DNA of 64,000 bases from Octopus vulgaris. Its lineage: Eukaryota. How positions within the stretch are numbered: position 1 is the stretch's first letter; each line of letters begins with the position of its first letter. Location of the stretch: the NCBI GenBank assembly GCA_951406725.2, contig OX597821.1:64542001-64606000 (forward strand), in the 5' to 3' direction. Below the pieces are notes generated by a model that saw only the letters and a list, made by a program, of their open reading frames with translations, was not told where the DNA came from and did not search any database. The position numbers were made by a program, and so were the translations under genes. Below are positions 1 to 15,033 of this stretch, in pieces.

Positions 1-79
1 ACACATATATATATTGTGTGCACACACGCACACAATCATTTATATACATACAAATATACACAAGATACTTAAATATATT

Positions 80-270
80 CTTTTACTTGTTTCAGTCATT
101 TGACTGCGGCCATGCTGGAGCACCGTCTTTAGTCGAGCAAATAAACCCCAGGACTTATTCTTTGTAAGCCTAGTACTTATTATATCGGCCTTTTTTGCCG
201 AACCGCTATGTTACGGGGACGTAAATACACTAGTATTGATGGTCAAGCAATGTTGGGGGTACAAACACAG

Positions 271-305
<35 letters not shown>

Positions 306-426
306 CATACGACGGGCTTCTTTCAGTTTCCGTGTGCCAAATCCACTCACAAGGTTTTGGTCGGCCCGAGGCTATAGTAAAAGACACTTACCCAAGGTGC
401 TTACCACACAGCCCCACCTGCACCTA
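80..426 (-). mobile_element. tRNA-derived SINE, family A (octopus OR/OK-like), head partly deleted
   Basis: Colinear with the full copy at 52705-53103: tail TTTTACTTGTTTCAGTCATTTGACTGCGGCCATGCTGGAGCACC, internal (CA)n(TA)n, GACGGGCTTCTTTCAGTTTCCG, end ACCACACAGCC..CCTGCACCTAT. Confidence 0.85.
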
Positions 427-659
427 TGCCAAATAGCCAATCCTGCGCCTATACACATAAACAGTAAAAAGTGCGCAAAAAATGAAGACTGAGATTAATT
501 TAAATGGTTGGGGAAAAATAAGAGTATTCATACCGTCTTTAGATATACCGTTCTCTAATTCTCAATCTTTTTGAAGTATTTTTAAAATGTAACTCAATTA
601 TTATTATAATGGCAGAATCAATTAAATATAATTGCGTTCCATTATATTCGTAATCTACA

Positions 660-708
660 CGAAAGTGTATGTATGTATGTATGTATGTATGTATGTATGT
701 ATGTATGA

Positions 709-745
<37 letters not shown>

Positions 746-785
746 TTTCTTTATGCCTACATACATAGACATATATATATGCATG

Positions 786-836
<51 letters not shown>

Positions 837-1080
837 AAATACAGATATATATATGTATGTGTATTATATATGTGTGTGCACGTGTGTATGAATTTGCGTT
901 TGTCTATACAGACACACATACACGCACATATGTATATATATATATGTATGTGTGTGTGTGTGTGCGTATACATGCATACTTAAGATTATATATAATGATA
1001 ATTACTCTCAAGTGTTCTGAACTATATATTGCGTGTGTGTGCGTGTATATATATATGTAGTTAGATAGATAGATGAATAT
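660..1080. repeat. compound (TATG)n/(TA)n/(TG)n microsatellite
   Basis: Directly visible. Confidence 0.95.
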
Positions 1081-1878
1081 ACACATTATACATAATCAAT
1101 GCAACATGTGGCATTTTCAATTAGTAATGGCAGAACAATTTACAGAGGGTTGCGACACACTCTGTCCATGCTTGAAAAATTCATTATTCTCATTCAACAT
1201 TTGCTGCAATGTAGAATATGAAAATTGCTGCTTTTCATATAGAATATGAAAATTGCTGCTTTGAGATTTGACATTCCAAGAATTGTTTAGACTCCACTGT
1301 GTAAATATTCTCCTGACGATCAGAACTAGAGAAAATTGTCCTTTTTATTTTACGGAGATGTACTTGCATAACAAGTGGCTTGATCGGAGATAATGTGCTG
1401 AAGCAAAAGCAATTGCGGCGTGGAACACTTGTGGTGCACGAAGTTTTGTCGCGGCTTCAAAGCGACGGAAATAATTTGACACAAATTAAATTTAAATGTC
1501 GAAGTGAAACTAACGGTTTTTGTGTGCGTTTATATGGCTTAGAAACATCTTCCACGCTGCAATTGTTTCTTTTTCTTCATGGAGATATATGTGAAACCGT
1601 ACAGCTTGTACCAAGACGTTCCCATTCTGATAAAGAGAATTGTTTCGCGTAATCGCCTTCGTGGAGATATATGAAATTAATCAACTTCTCCCCGGTACTA
1701 GATTACATGTCTCTTCATTCAGTCAATTACAACGAAAATGAAACCAAACTCTTGTTTATGATAACGATTTAAATACAGGCATGATTGAAACACCACCAGC
1801 AATGATGCAAAAAGGGCTGACATCCTAGAGACAGTATATGAGAATTTGTGAACACTGACAAATAATAAACGATAACAT

Positions 1879-1965
1879 GGAAAATATTTACCAGAAAATA
1901 ATAACGAAACCTCTGAAACAAATTGAAAATATTTACCAGAAAATAATAACGAAACCTCTCAAACA
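1879..1965. repeat. two-copy ~45-bp tandem duplication
   Basis: GAAAATATTTACCAGAAAATAATAACGAAACCTCT occurs twice; a similar 23-bp duplication (TAGAATATGAAAATTGCTGCTTT) lies at ~1211-1262. Confidence 0.9.
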
Positions 1966-2199
1966 AAAATGATTTTCGACTAAATAATTGATCTCACTAT
2001 CTCCTGCCTGGTGAAGTCACACAGTGTTTTACTGCAGACAACTTTGTAGTCAATGATGAGGGGGAGTAAAATGTAAATTACTCTGAAGAATATGAATATT
2101 TTAAGCCAATTACTCCTTAGGAATTTATTCATTGGCGGATAATGCGACAACTTAGTTCAATTATAATCCAGATGTGTCACCTCTGTCCAAGAATGGATA

Positions 2200-3080
2200 C
2201 GTAGTGTGATCAATTAGTATCCGGATTTTTGCTATAGTAACGAAGCTAAAGCACGCAGAGTAAAGTTGCTCGTCCCAGATGATACACCTTAATCTCTGTT
2301 GTGCATGCGCAGTAAGTTTTAATGTTCTAGCTCACTTCCGTTGTTTATAAAAGTACTTGGAATGAACATGTGTAGCATATGATCATCACATTGACCATGA
2401 CAGAGAAAGATGAGCAGGGAATCTGCATCAGATATTGCCAAATATCTGCTCAGAGGCCTACACAAAGTTTTTATCATTCTCGACACAATCAAGGAGATCT
2501 TGTTCAACTGAAACCCGAGTGTCTTTTTGGTCAGCTGAAAGCAGTTTTGGCACAAACATGGCAGACATGCGTCTCATACCGAAATCTTCAGTAATAATGG
2601 ACTGAACTGAATTGTACCTAATCTGTGCATTCTCTGATAACCCAAGTATCGTGACTCGACAACTTACACTCACAGATGCACGCACATCTGCGATCTGTTT
2701 CTCAGTTCTGCTGGTTGGTTGGGGGGTCTCCCTAACGTTCGCAGGTATCAACAATTTTTCGACTACCTTGGAAAAGTCTGAACCACTTGTGCACTTGTGT
2801 GCAGCTCATGCACTTCGCTCTATACACATTCTACAAATTTGCATAGGCATCTGAACGGGTATCGCCATAACAACTTTCTCTGTCATGGTCAATGCGACGA
2901 TCATACGCTATACACCTTCCTTCCAAGCACTGCTGTAAACAGTGGAAGTGAGCTTGAACGTTAAATCTTAGTGTGCATGCACAGCAAAGTTCAAAGTCAA
3001 CCTGTGCCGAGCGTCCTTACTCTGCATGCTTCCACTTCGTTACTCTGGCAAAAGTCCGGATATTTATTGATCAGACTTCG
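2200..3080 (-). mobile_element. internally deleted mariner (Tc1/mariner) element with extended inverted ends
   Basis: TA at both flanks (2198-2199, 3081-3082). Ends CGTAGTGTGATCAATTAGTATCCGGATTTTT and its near reverse complement. Minus ORF 2458-2754 resembles the mariner second HTH and WVPxxL linker (SVQSIITEDFGMRRMSAMFVPKLLSADQKDTRV). Confidence 0.85.
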
Positions 3081-5781
3081 TATATTGAATGTCAATTAAT
3101 TGCACCACTGAATAAATTATACTTGGTTCAAGAAGAGGTGTTTGTGAGTTAATATCAATATACCCTCGAATATTGTGATTATTAACGCGGCTCACGATTG
3201 ATTATTCGATAAAGCTGGAATATATTTCTGAAGACCACTGATTGGTCGTGGCCCAATATTTGGAAGTTTAAGAGTTTAAGGAGAACTAATAATATTAGAA
3301 ATTTATTAATAATATGCATTATCTGACTGTGTTATACCTCCACTCTTACCCACAAATGTTCTTCTTAGAGAACTTCCAGATTAAATATCATTTAAAAGGC
3401 AGATTAAAGAGGTAAATTTCATGAATTCTTTAAGTTATGTAGTTCATGGAGTATATGGAAAACAATCAATATCAACAACAATCTGTACAATAATATATGT
3501 TCTAAATTTTACAGTTACGTCTACTATTATACGAAATAATGTAATTCTCGGTAAGTGAATTCTGTTAAACAATGTAAATTGTAGATATTGTTGTATACTG
3601 AAAACTCAATCACAATAAGAAATTCTCTGATGTCATAATATCATAATAGTCGATGTAAAAATAATAGCATTCAGTGTAAATATAGCAGTATTAGTGAGCA
3701 AAAAACAAGCAAAAGAAACTCGCATTGCTTTATTTTTCTGTTGTAAACGTTATATTATATTCCCATATGAATACGGATAAGAATTGTGGCTGAATAATTT
3801 TCTACCAATATACATAAGCAAATAGACAAACATTCAATATGGAAGAAATAATATTCATCGTGTGAAATATTTTTTTCTACATCAATAACAACAAGGGCAA
3901 ATATCTGCGAGTGCAACGGCGAAAAGAATTCGTCAAATGTACTCTAAGAAGCCATAACATAGTTAGAAATCCAAATATATGATTTGCTCAGATTAAATGA
4001 CAGCAGCATCTATAAGTATTTCCATGACAGCTAGAAACAAAACTTGCATGATTGCTCTATCTCAAAGGCATAGGGTTTCGATTACGACGGTGAATATTAT
4101 AAACTAATTAACAGTATAAATATCTTTTTTTCCAAATAGTTTATTGATTAAAAATACACAAACTCTGGAACTGTTATCTATTTCAAACAAACAGACTCAA
4201 AACAACTTTCGCTGTTTACTATAGCTTTCCAAAGTATACAAAATCAAGTATTCTATAAATTTTGGCATGTAGAATTTGCAGAGTTGTATTGAGTGTTTAA
4301 GTTCTGTATAAACATCTTCAAGGTTTAAGGAGAAAATGACTTGAAAGTTTATATCCCGTAACGTAAAATACGGGAGAGAACGTGCCAAAGCAATAAATAT
4401 TCAGGAATTACGAAGGGCAATATTCACTTTAAAAACTCTTAAATCTCTATCTTATTCATCAGCACATAAGACAAGAAATGTGGAAGAAGATCGACATCCA
4501 AATATTTCGTTATTGAGACTATATACAAAAAGGTAGAGGGCCTTTGAAATTTAAGAATAATCAAAAGCAAAAGAAAAATTCCTAAAATGTTATTAACATT
4601 GGTAGTCAAAATATATGAACTCCTAATATTGGAATTTACTGAAAGTAAATCTTGTGAATTTAAGTTTTAAAAAGATATTTAAAGTAAAGAATCTCTTCAG
4701 GTGTGCTTCAAGCAATTTAATTATTTTAATGAGGATAAACTGGACAAACACGGGATTAATACGAAAGTAGAAGATAACAATTCATCATCAACAAAATTAC
4801 AATTTCAGACGGATACGCTTTTTTGTGCATCAATCGAATGCCCAACATAATGAAGTAAAAGCCATTTCTGATGAATAAAGTAAATACATTTAAGAAACAC
4901 AGGGAGACTGTCACGTGCCAAGAATCAAAGTGAAAATGATAGGTTTGCCAACAATTTCAGTATTGTTGCTATTTAAAATTTAAAAATCACGAGACTGAAA
5001 TAATTGCTGTCTTCCGTTGTAAGCTAAATTTTATATCTTCGTCTTACTTTTCTTTATTCAGAGATATAACCCGAGTCCCTGATAGCATCGTTTAATTTGC
5101 CAATTATTTTCGAAGCTTTGAAAGTGAAACCAATTTGTAATATGTAAATAAGAAAAAGAATTTGCTTAAAAGACAAGAATGAATGATTGGTTCTCACCCT
5201 CACTGTAGTTATCTAAATAACTAGAGGTATTTTTTTTAACTACAAAACATGATGTCAGAGCTCCTTGAGTGGTCTTTCCATCGTTAACAAACCCATACAC
5301 ATATTTACGCATACAGATGTTTATATTTCTCCATTTAACTTTGATTGTTTCTTCATATACGTCTGTTTTCATCTACCACTGAGGTTAACAGAATGCAAAA
5401 CTGTGTATTGAGCATCAACGATTATACATAGAAGTAAGCTAGATTTTAGCAGATAATTTAGAGTCGAAATAAAATTAAACATCTCCGTGATCACTGTTAA
5501 GATATACCTTAGACACTAGTGTGTATGAGGCAATATGAATGTATATGAACATAGCGCATAAAAACACACCTCAATGAATATGTATGGATAAATGTTAACG
5601 CATAAATATATAGTGTAGTATTCATTAATAATTACGGAATTATTCATATAAGTTATAGATTTTTTTTATATATTCAAATTCATGCATTGATACGTACTTG
5701 CATGCGCATTTATGAGTATGTGTGCATGTATATATATGTATGCATGCATGTATGTATATATATATATATACATTTATGCAT

Positions 5782-5828
<47 letters not shown>

Positions 5829-5830
<2 letters not shown>

Positions 5831-6165
5831 GGTCCCGGGTTGATTCGGGGTTAACCACGGTAAATAAGGTACTCAATACATAGCAGAGTAAAATTAATTT
5901 ATTATATAGAAGGAGCTTCTACAGGACTAGAACTGTTTCATTCAAGAGAAATCTTCAGGAAGCTAGTTAACAAGAATTGTATTGCCATTTATACATTTAG
6001 GCAGGTTTAAAGGGGGGGACTTTTTGGGGGTAGGCATAGCGCAAAAATATCATACTTGGGGGAGTGGTCAAGGAGTCAGTGGTAAATTAGATAAAAGAAT
6101 AAATAAAAGAATAAAAAAATATATAGAAGAATAGAGTTTTAGGTAAATAAGGAGATTCTCACTTA
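5829..6165 (-). mobile_element. PLE-like terminal (pseudo-LTR) relic between microsatellites
   Basis: Unique segment inserted after (TA)n. Contains a hammerhead motif followed by AATAAA on the minus strand. Confidence 0.6.
5914..5964 (-). ncRNA. minimal type I hammerhead ribozyme
   Basis: Minus strand reads AGCTTC-CTGAAGA-tTTC(tctt)GAAt-GAAA-CAG(ttctagtc)CTG-TA-GAAGCT: 6-bp stem I, canonical CUGANGA and GAAA core, stem III, GUA cleavage triplet. Confidence 0.85.
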
Positions 6166-6501
6166 TACCTATACACATATGTATACATATATACACACAC
6201 ACACACACACAAACATACACACATGCATACACACACACACATATATGCATACACACATATATACATACATATATCTACATATATATATATATATATATAC
6301 ATATATACACACATATATGCATATACATATACACACACACATGTATATATACACACACGACCACACATACATATACACACAAAAAAATATATACATACAC
6401 ACACATACACATACACACATACACACATACACACACATATCCACATACACACATGCACACACAACACACAAGTCCCTATATACACATATATACATATACA
6501 C

Positions 6502-6534
<33 letters not shown>

Positions 6535-6914
6535 CACATATGTGTACCTATACATACCTACACGTACACACATATACATACAGATACAAACCCATTCCCT
6601 AATTTTAATTTTATTATCTTCATTTATTACTTTTGTTATCTTTGACCGCTGGTCACAAGCATCTTGGCTACGACAGCAAGTCCATTTATCTTTCTACTTG
6701 AACACAAGCACTCACTCACGCACGCACACTCATTAGCACGCAAACTCACTCATTCGTACACTCATACACATACACGCACGTACGCGTTATATTCATACAT
6801 ACATACATCTACATACATTCACATATATACACATACGTACGCGTACCTACAGATTCATGTCTACATACACACCGATAAATATATATACACACATACATAT
6901 ACACCTACATACAA

Positions 6915-6945
<31 letters not shown>

Positions 6946-7485
6946 CACGTATATATACATACATACATACACCCATACATACATACATATATACACATAC
7001 ACACACCCACACGTATACATATACATACATATACGCGCATGCATACACACACACATACATACACATACACATATATATATACATATATACATATAGATAT
7101 ATATATATATATATACACACACATACATATACATACATACAAATACATATATACACACACACATACATACACATATACACATACGCACACATACACATAT
7201 ACATGCGTACCCATGCACACCCACACACACGCGCATCCATATATACACATAAGTACACACATGCGTAAAAGTATACATATATCTATACATATGCTTACAC
7301 ATACACACACACACACGCGCCTCCTTATGTTCATACTTACATGCATACTCAAAAAATAAATAATAAAATATATATACGTGCAGTTATTCATATACATACA
7401 TGCATACTCAAAAAATAAATAATAAATATTAAGTATATATACGTGCAGTTAACTATTATACAGACGGATACATACATATAAACTT

Positions 7486-7526
<41 letters not shown>

Positions 7527-7669
7527 CTTACACATTTGTACATATACATACACACATACATAACTCTACGTACCTACATATACATAAACACACGAGCGTA
7601 CACGTATATGTACATATACACATACACATACACACACATATATACATACATACATATACATACACACAC

Positions 7670-7732
<63 letters not shown>

Positions 7733-7777
7733 TACACACACACATATACATACATATGCATACACACACATACACAT

Positions 7778-7824
<47 letters not shown>

Positions 7825-8108
7825 TATATATATACATACATATACATACACATACATATACATATGCACACATACACACACACATACATATATACATACA
7901 CACACCCATACATATACATACACATATATATTTATATATATATATATATATATATATACATGTGTGCAAACATACATACATACTCATACACACACACACA
8001 CTTACATATACATATATACACACACTTACACACTTATATATATATATATATATACATATATATACATATATACACATATACACATATGCACACATACACA
8101 CACATATT

Positions 8109-8168
<60 letters not shown>

Positions 8169-8445
8169 TATATATATATATACATACATACACATACACA
8201 TACTTATATATATATACATACACATACACATGCACATACGTATAACTCTACATACCCACATATACATATATACATATATACACACACATATATATACACA
8301 TATATATGTATATATACACACACATATATATATATACCCATCTACAATCTGTATATACACACACACACACACATACACATACATATATACATACACACAC
8401 ACACATATATATATATACACACATATATACATATATATATATATA
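6165..8445. repeat. long degenerate (CA)/(TA)/(CATA) microsatellite field
   Basis: Directly visible; source of the spurious H/T/Y/I ORFs. Confidence 0.95.
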
Positions 8446-8859
8446 TCAACAATTGAGGGTAAAGTTAATTAGTTATTAATCAATTTCACCAAGTATTCAG
8501 TATGTAAAAGGACCATTATTTTTTTGAGTAAACATTGTCTGAGAGAAAATTTTCTTTAAGTAGTGGAATATATATGTATATATGTATATATGTGTGTATG
8601 CATATGTATGTGTATATGTATGTGTGTATGTATGTGTATGTATATATAAAATATTATATAATTAGGGCTTAGTAAAATAAATTACTTTGCCACATACTGA
8701 ACTTTCTAGAAATAGCAGCCAAACAAATTTTTTAGCCATTTCCACTACTTAAAGAAAATTTTCTCTCAGACAATGTTTACTCAAAAAAATAATGGTCCTT
8801 TTACATACTGAATACTTAGTGAAATTGATTAATAACTAATTAACTTTACCTCAATTGTT

Positions 8860-8894
<35 letters not shown>

Positions 8895-8907
8895 GTATAT
8901 ATGTGTG

Positions 8908-8942
<35 letters not shown>

Positions 8943-8951
8943 GTATGTGTA

Positions 8952-8982
<31 letters not shown>

Positions 8983-9394
8983 GTGTGTGTATATATATAT
9001 TTGTGTATGTATATATATATATATGTGTATATGTATGTGTATGTGTATATATATATATATATATATAAGTGTACGCGAGTATGTCGATGTATATGTAGGT
9101 ATGTAAAGTTATGTGTATGTGCATGTATGTGTGTGTATATACAGATTGTAGATGGGTATATATATGTGTGTGTATATATGTATATATGTATATGTGGGTA
9201 TGTAGAGTTATACGTATGTGCATGTGTATGTGTATGTATATATATATAAGTATGTGTATGTGTATGTATGTATATATATGTGTGTGTGTGAGTATGTGTG
9301 TATATGTATGTATATATGTATATATGTGTGTATGTGTAGGTGTGGGTATATATATATATATGTATGTATATATATATATATATGTGTATATGTG

Positions 9395-9426
<32 letters not shown>

Positions 9427-9579
9427 TATATGTGAATATGTGTGTGTATGTGTACATATGTGTATATGTGTATATATGTATATATATGTATATATATATA
9501 TATATAAGTGTGTAAGTGTGTGTATATATGTATATGTAAGTGTGTGTGTGTGTATGAGTATGTATGTATGTTTGCACAC

Positions 9580-9619
<40 letters not shown>

Positions 9620-9716
9620 ATGTATATGTATGTGTGTGTGTATGTATATATGTATGTGTGTGTGTGTATGTGTGCATATGTATATGTATGTGTATGTATA
9701 TGTATGTATATATATA

Positions 9717-9775
<59 letters not shown>

Positions 9776-9808
9776 ATATGTATGTGTGTGTATGCATATG
9801 TATGTATA

Positions 9809-9864
<56 letters not shown>

Positions 9865-9921
9865 TATGTATATGTGTGTGTATGTATATGTATGTATGTA
9901 TATATGTGTGTGTATGTGTAT
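7600..9921. repeat. large inverted repeat (~1-kb arms, ~170-bp spacer)
   Basis: Unique core 8446-8568 is the reverse complement of 8740-8861. Landmark interruptions in the flanking microsatellite are also mirrored (TGTGTGCAAACATAC ~7961 vs GTATGTTTGCACACA ~9566; ATCTACAATCTG ~8340 vs CAGATTGTAGAT ~9142). Confidence 0.9.
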
Positions 9922-10708
9922 GTTTATTTTGCTCATGATCTTCAGCAGGTCCGCTTCGAAATCTTCCAAGCCTTTAATCCTAGGAGGGAATTTTTTGGAT
10001 TTTATCCGATAGCAAATGTTTTCCTTGGTGTTCGCTTCTGTGTCAAAAAAGAAAGCCTTCCATCTCATACGCTTAATTACATCAGTAATTTTTTGCAGAA
10101 GTTTCTTAGAGTAAAAATCCTTTGATGGGATCGGTATATTTTTCATAGAATAATCTATGTGATATGCGTCCATATTAGATTCTTTTGTTTGTGAGAGTCC
10201 TCAACCGATGTTAGGCGATAATCCCAAAAAGGTCGTATTAGCTCTTAGTTGAGAATAACGTCGTCCGGGAGGTGATTTATTGATAAAACGGTAAGATAAC
10301 AAAAGAAAGAAAGAGACCTCAATATTATGTAAATAGAGGAAATTTATCTATACAATATGTTACATTACTCGGTAGTCAAGATAAAACTCTGAGTTTCAGA
10401 TGCCGAAGTGGAAATCCACAACACCATCTCTTCGGTTATCTGGCTATTTGAAAACGTTATGAAAAAATACCGTTAAAAATGAAGGGAAATTACTCTGTTA
10501 TAACTCTGCTTTGCCTGCGTACTTATACATCGCTCGCATTTTTCGTCATAAAAATTATATAAAAATACATAAAAATATATAAAAATATATAAAAATATAT
10601 AAAATCTTCTTGGGACATAACACAGAAAGCATGTTCTATCCGTTTTCTTTAGGGGACCAAAAACGTAACAGAAATTTAGTCACATGTGGGCATGATCCGA
10701 AAAGATAG
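9922..10708 (-). mobile_element. Penelope-like retroelement, partial-tandem junction (ORF C-terminal stub, UTR with hammerhead, ORF N-terminus), truncated
   Basis: Minus ORF from 10173 reads [58 protein letters not shown], an N-terminus I recognise from a C-terminal GIY-YIG PLE group (possibly Hydra clade). Upstream stub LFGSCPHVTKFLL..* (10636-10705) resembles the CxH..KFLL C-terminus of the same group. Hammerhead at 10379-10441. Confidence 0.75.
10379..10441 (-). ncRNA. type I hammerhead ribozyme (U4C core variant) in PLE pseudo-LTR
   Basis: Minus strand reads AGATAA-CCGAAGA-GATG..GTGG(attt)CCAC..CATCt-GAAA-CTC(a)GAG-TT-TTATCT: 6-bp stem I, long stem II, near-palindromic stem III. Same strand as the PLE ORF, ~200 nt upstream of its ATG. 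Confidence 0.75.
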
Positions 10709-11323
10709 ATATATTTACAATGTACCGTCCTATATGCAAATAATCGTACATGACATCGAATATATATCAGTACAAATATGTCACATAAATACAGGAATAG
10801 GCATAAGTACGAATAAAAAATGCTCACACTTACATACACATACGCACAGGCACACAAACCCACACACTCACACGAATTCACCCCCATATATATGTACGTA
10901 TGTATGTATGTGTATATATATATAAATATATATATAAATCTATATATATATATGTACGTATAATATTATATTATTATTATATTATATATACACAAACACG
11001 TGTATATGCTTTAATCTATATACATATATTGTTTCAATGCAATTATTTCAACATACAATCTTACCACTTTATTTATACTTGACCTCGTTACATTCAGATA
11101 CTTCGGAATTCTAATTAGAAATCGTTTTAATTGCACATTTATTAAACTACAAATACCTATAAATACATGCACTGGTGCACGCTCACTAATACAAAAACAA
11201 ACATAAATAGAATTAACTGCGCCTCTCATTATCTCAAACATATTTGTATATACTTGTATATACATATGTGTTTGTGTGTATGCATGCATATACATCCGTT
11301 TCAAATATATAAATATATATATA

Positions 11324-11707
11324 CTAGCAGTATCGCCCGGCGTTGCTCAGGTTTGTAAGGGAAATAACTATAAAGCATTTTTTGAGAGTTAAAGCCAAAA
11401 AATAGCAAAAAAATGGAAAAAAAATTATGGTAAATATTTTTTGAGAGTTAAAAATGGTGGAGTTGCGTCCCCTAGACGGTCTGTGGTTTGGGTTCCTGAT
11501 TCTCGACCCCATGTCGAATTTATCGATTTTTTTCAGAACTGGGGGAAGTTTTCAAAATTTTCGCTGCGTTAGTTTTGAATTATGACATTGGGCTATGTGT
11601 GTGTCAAGTTTCATCAGAATCGGTTGAAAGCCGTGGTCAGAGTGAGGGTACGAGAAAACAGACACACAGAAAACGCACAGACAAACTGCCGTTTATATAG
11701 AGAGAGA
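11324..11707 (-). mobile_element. non-autonomous Helitron (Lep1-like architecture)
   Basis: Minus strand starts TC(TCTCTATATAAACGGCAG) and ends in a GC hairpin CCTGAGCAACGCCGGG followed ~8 nt later by CTAG. Inserted between A and T of a (TA)n tract. Plus-strand AAGTTTCATCAGAATCGG..ACAGAC motif. Confidence 0.75.
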
Positions 11708-11712
11708 TATAA

Positions 11713-11746
<34 letters not shown>

Positions 11747-11790
11747 GTATATACATATATATATATATATATATTTATATTTATACATAC

Positions 11791-11825
<35 letters not shown>

Positions 11826-11930
11826 TGAATATATATAAGCATAAACGCACACACAATTATACACACGCGTGCACACATAAACATACATATATGTATGTAT
11901 ACATATATATATATTTATTATAGATACATA

Positions 11931-11998
<68 letters not shown>

Positions 11999-12462
11999 CA
12001 TATATATATATATATATTTAATTATATATATATATGCATGTATGTATAGAAAACTTATGAGCGTATTCTTGTCAGGGTATATATATGAGGCTCATGGCCA
12101 TAAGTGTATTTTTGTTATTTGTAGCAATTTCCTGTAACCGTCAACCGGTAAGCGTCTTCACCAGTTCGAGGCCATCATGTATTCCAAGTAAAAATTTTAA
12201 TTTGGTGTGAGTTTAATGAAGCCCGTTTCGCCTCTCCTAAATCTGGAAATTTTAATTTGATAAACGCAGTGAAGTAGATATCGCATCTAAGATGCTCCCC
12301 AGCAATTTCTAATGAGTTTCGTACAGATCTATCTATACACAGATATATGCGTATATACATAGACATGCACTTGTATAGATACATCCATTCACACACACAC
12401 ATAGACACACTCGCACACATGCATACATTCACACACGTATATAAAAACACGCAAACACAGAG

Positions 12463-12494
<32 letters not shown>

Positions 12495-12583
12495 TACTTT
12501 TATATATATATGTATATATATATATGTGTGTGTGTGTATGTGTGTTTATACACGTTTATATAAGCATAATTATATATATTAAC

Positions 12584-12615
<32 letters not shown>

Positions 12616-12679
12616 ATGTATATGTTTTTTATATTTTTTATGCGTTAATCATAATTTTATTGCTCAAATAAATTATCAC

Positions 12680-12719
12680 CATTTTATTATTATTATAATT
12701 ATAATTATTATTGTTGTTG

Positions 12720-12816
<97 letters not shown>

Positions 12817-12819
12817 CAC

Positions 12820-12867
<48 letters not shown>

Positions 12868-12883
12868 GAACATCATTATTATT
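12680..12883. repeat. (ATT)n microsatellite
   Basis: Directly visible. Confidence 0.95.
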
Positions 12884-13441
12884 GAATGAGAGATCAGTGC
12901 ATACCATGAAGGTGACACTGGAGTGAAATATACGAAGCCCGGTATGCCCATCATGACTAATCGTCTAAATGTATACCAGGCTCATGCATCACAGCCACAT
13001 GTGCGTGACATAGAGATCTCATATATGAAGATAAATAGCGCATGGCGTTGCAGGTGGGGGCGAAGTTAGAAATTTCTTCAGGTTGAGTAGCGCATCCCGC
13101 TCAAAAGGTCCCTAAATAATTGTTGTTTAAGGATGTTGAACGAAAAACCCATGTTTCGAAAGGTGAATTATTCAAACCCCCAAAAATTCCTCCCAAAACA
13201 TGGCTATGATGCTTCCCAAGGACTTCTGCTTGTGGTCAGAGATGCACATATCATAAACCACTAAGAGATATGATCAACTAGTTACGGTCCAACAAGTGAC
13301 AAGCAACTCTGTTGTATTCAGCAGAATATATGCTGTGTTCCCATCTTTTATATACTAAGACAAGATAATGTACATAACACTTCGAATTAGTTCAGATCAA
13401 ATGTCATAAGAACCCATACTTGGTACTGCATCAGGGCATTT
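12884..13441. mobile_element. unclassified ~500-bp interspersed repeat X bounded by (TAA)n
   Basis: Homologous to 15034-15531, 61663-61852 and, inverted, 48985-49400. Shared blocks GTGACACTGG, TTGCAGGTGGGG..GTTAGAA, CATCCCGCTCAAAAGGTCCCT. Confidence 0.8.
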
Positions 13442-13475
13442 ATTATAATTATACCCATCATGACTACCCGTCTGA

Positions 13476-13543
<68 letters not shown>

Positions 13544-13556
13544 TTATTATTATTAT

Positions 13557-15033
<1,477 letters not shown>

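Noticed and set aside
1320-1700. ORF 1380-1652 and a minus-strand KPYK-like word suggesting a zinc finger
   Set aside because: No C2H2 spacing or other domain could be recovered in any frame.
3100-5400. Microsatellite-free stretch that looks like decayed coding sequence
   Set aside because: Only short ORFs and no motif I can recognise; needs BLASTx.
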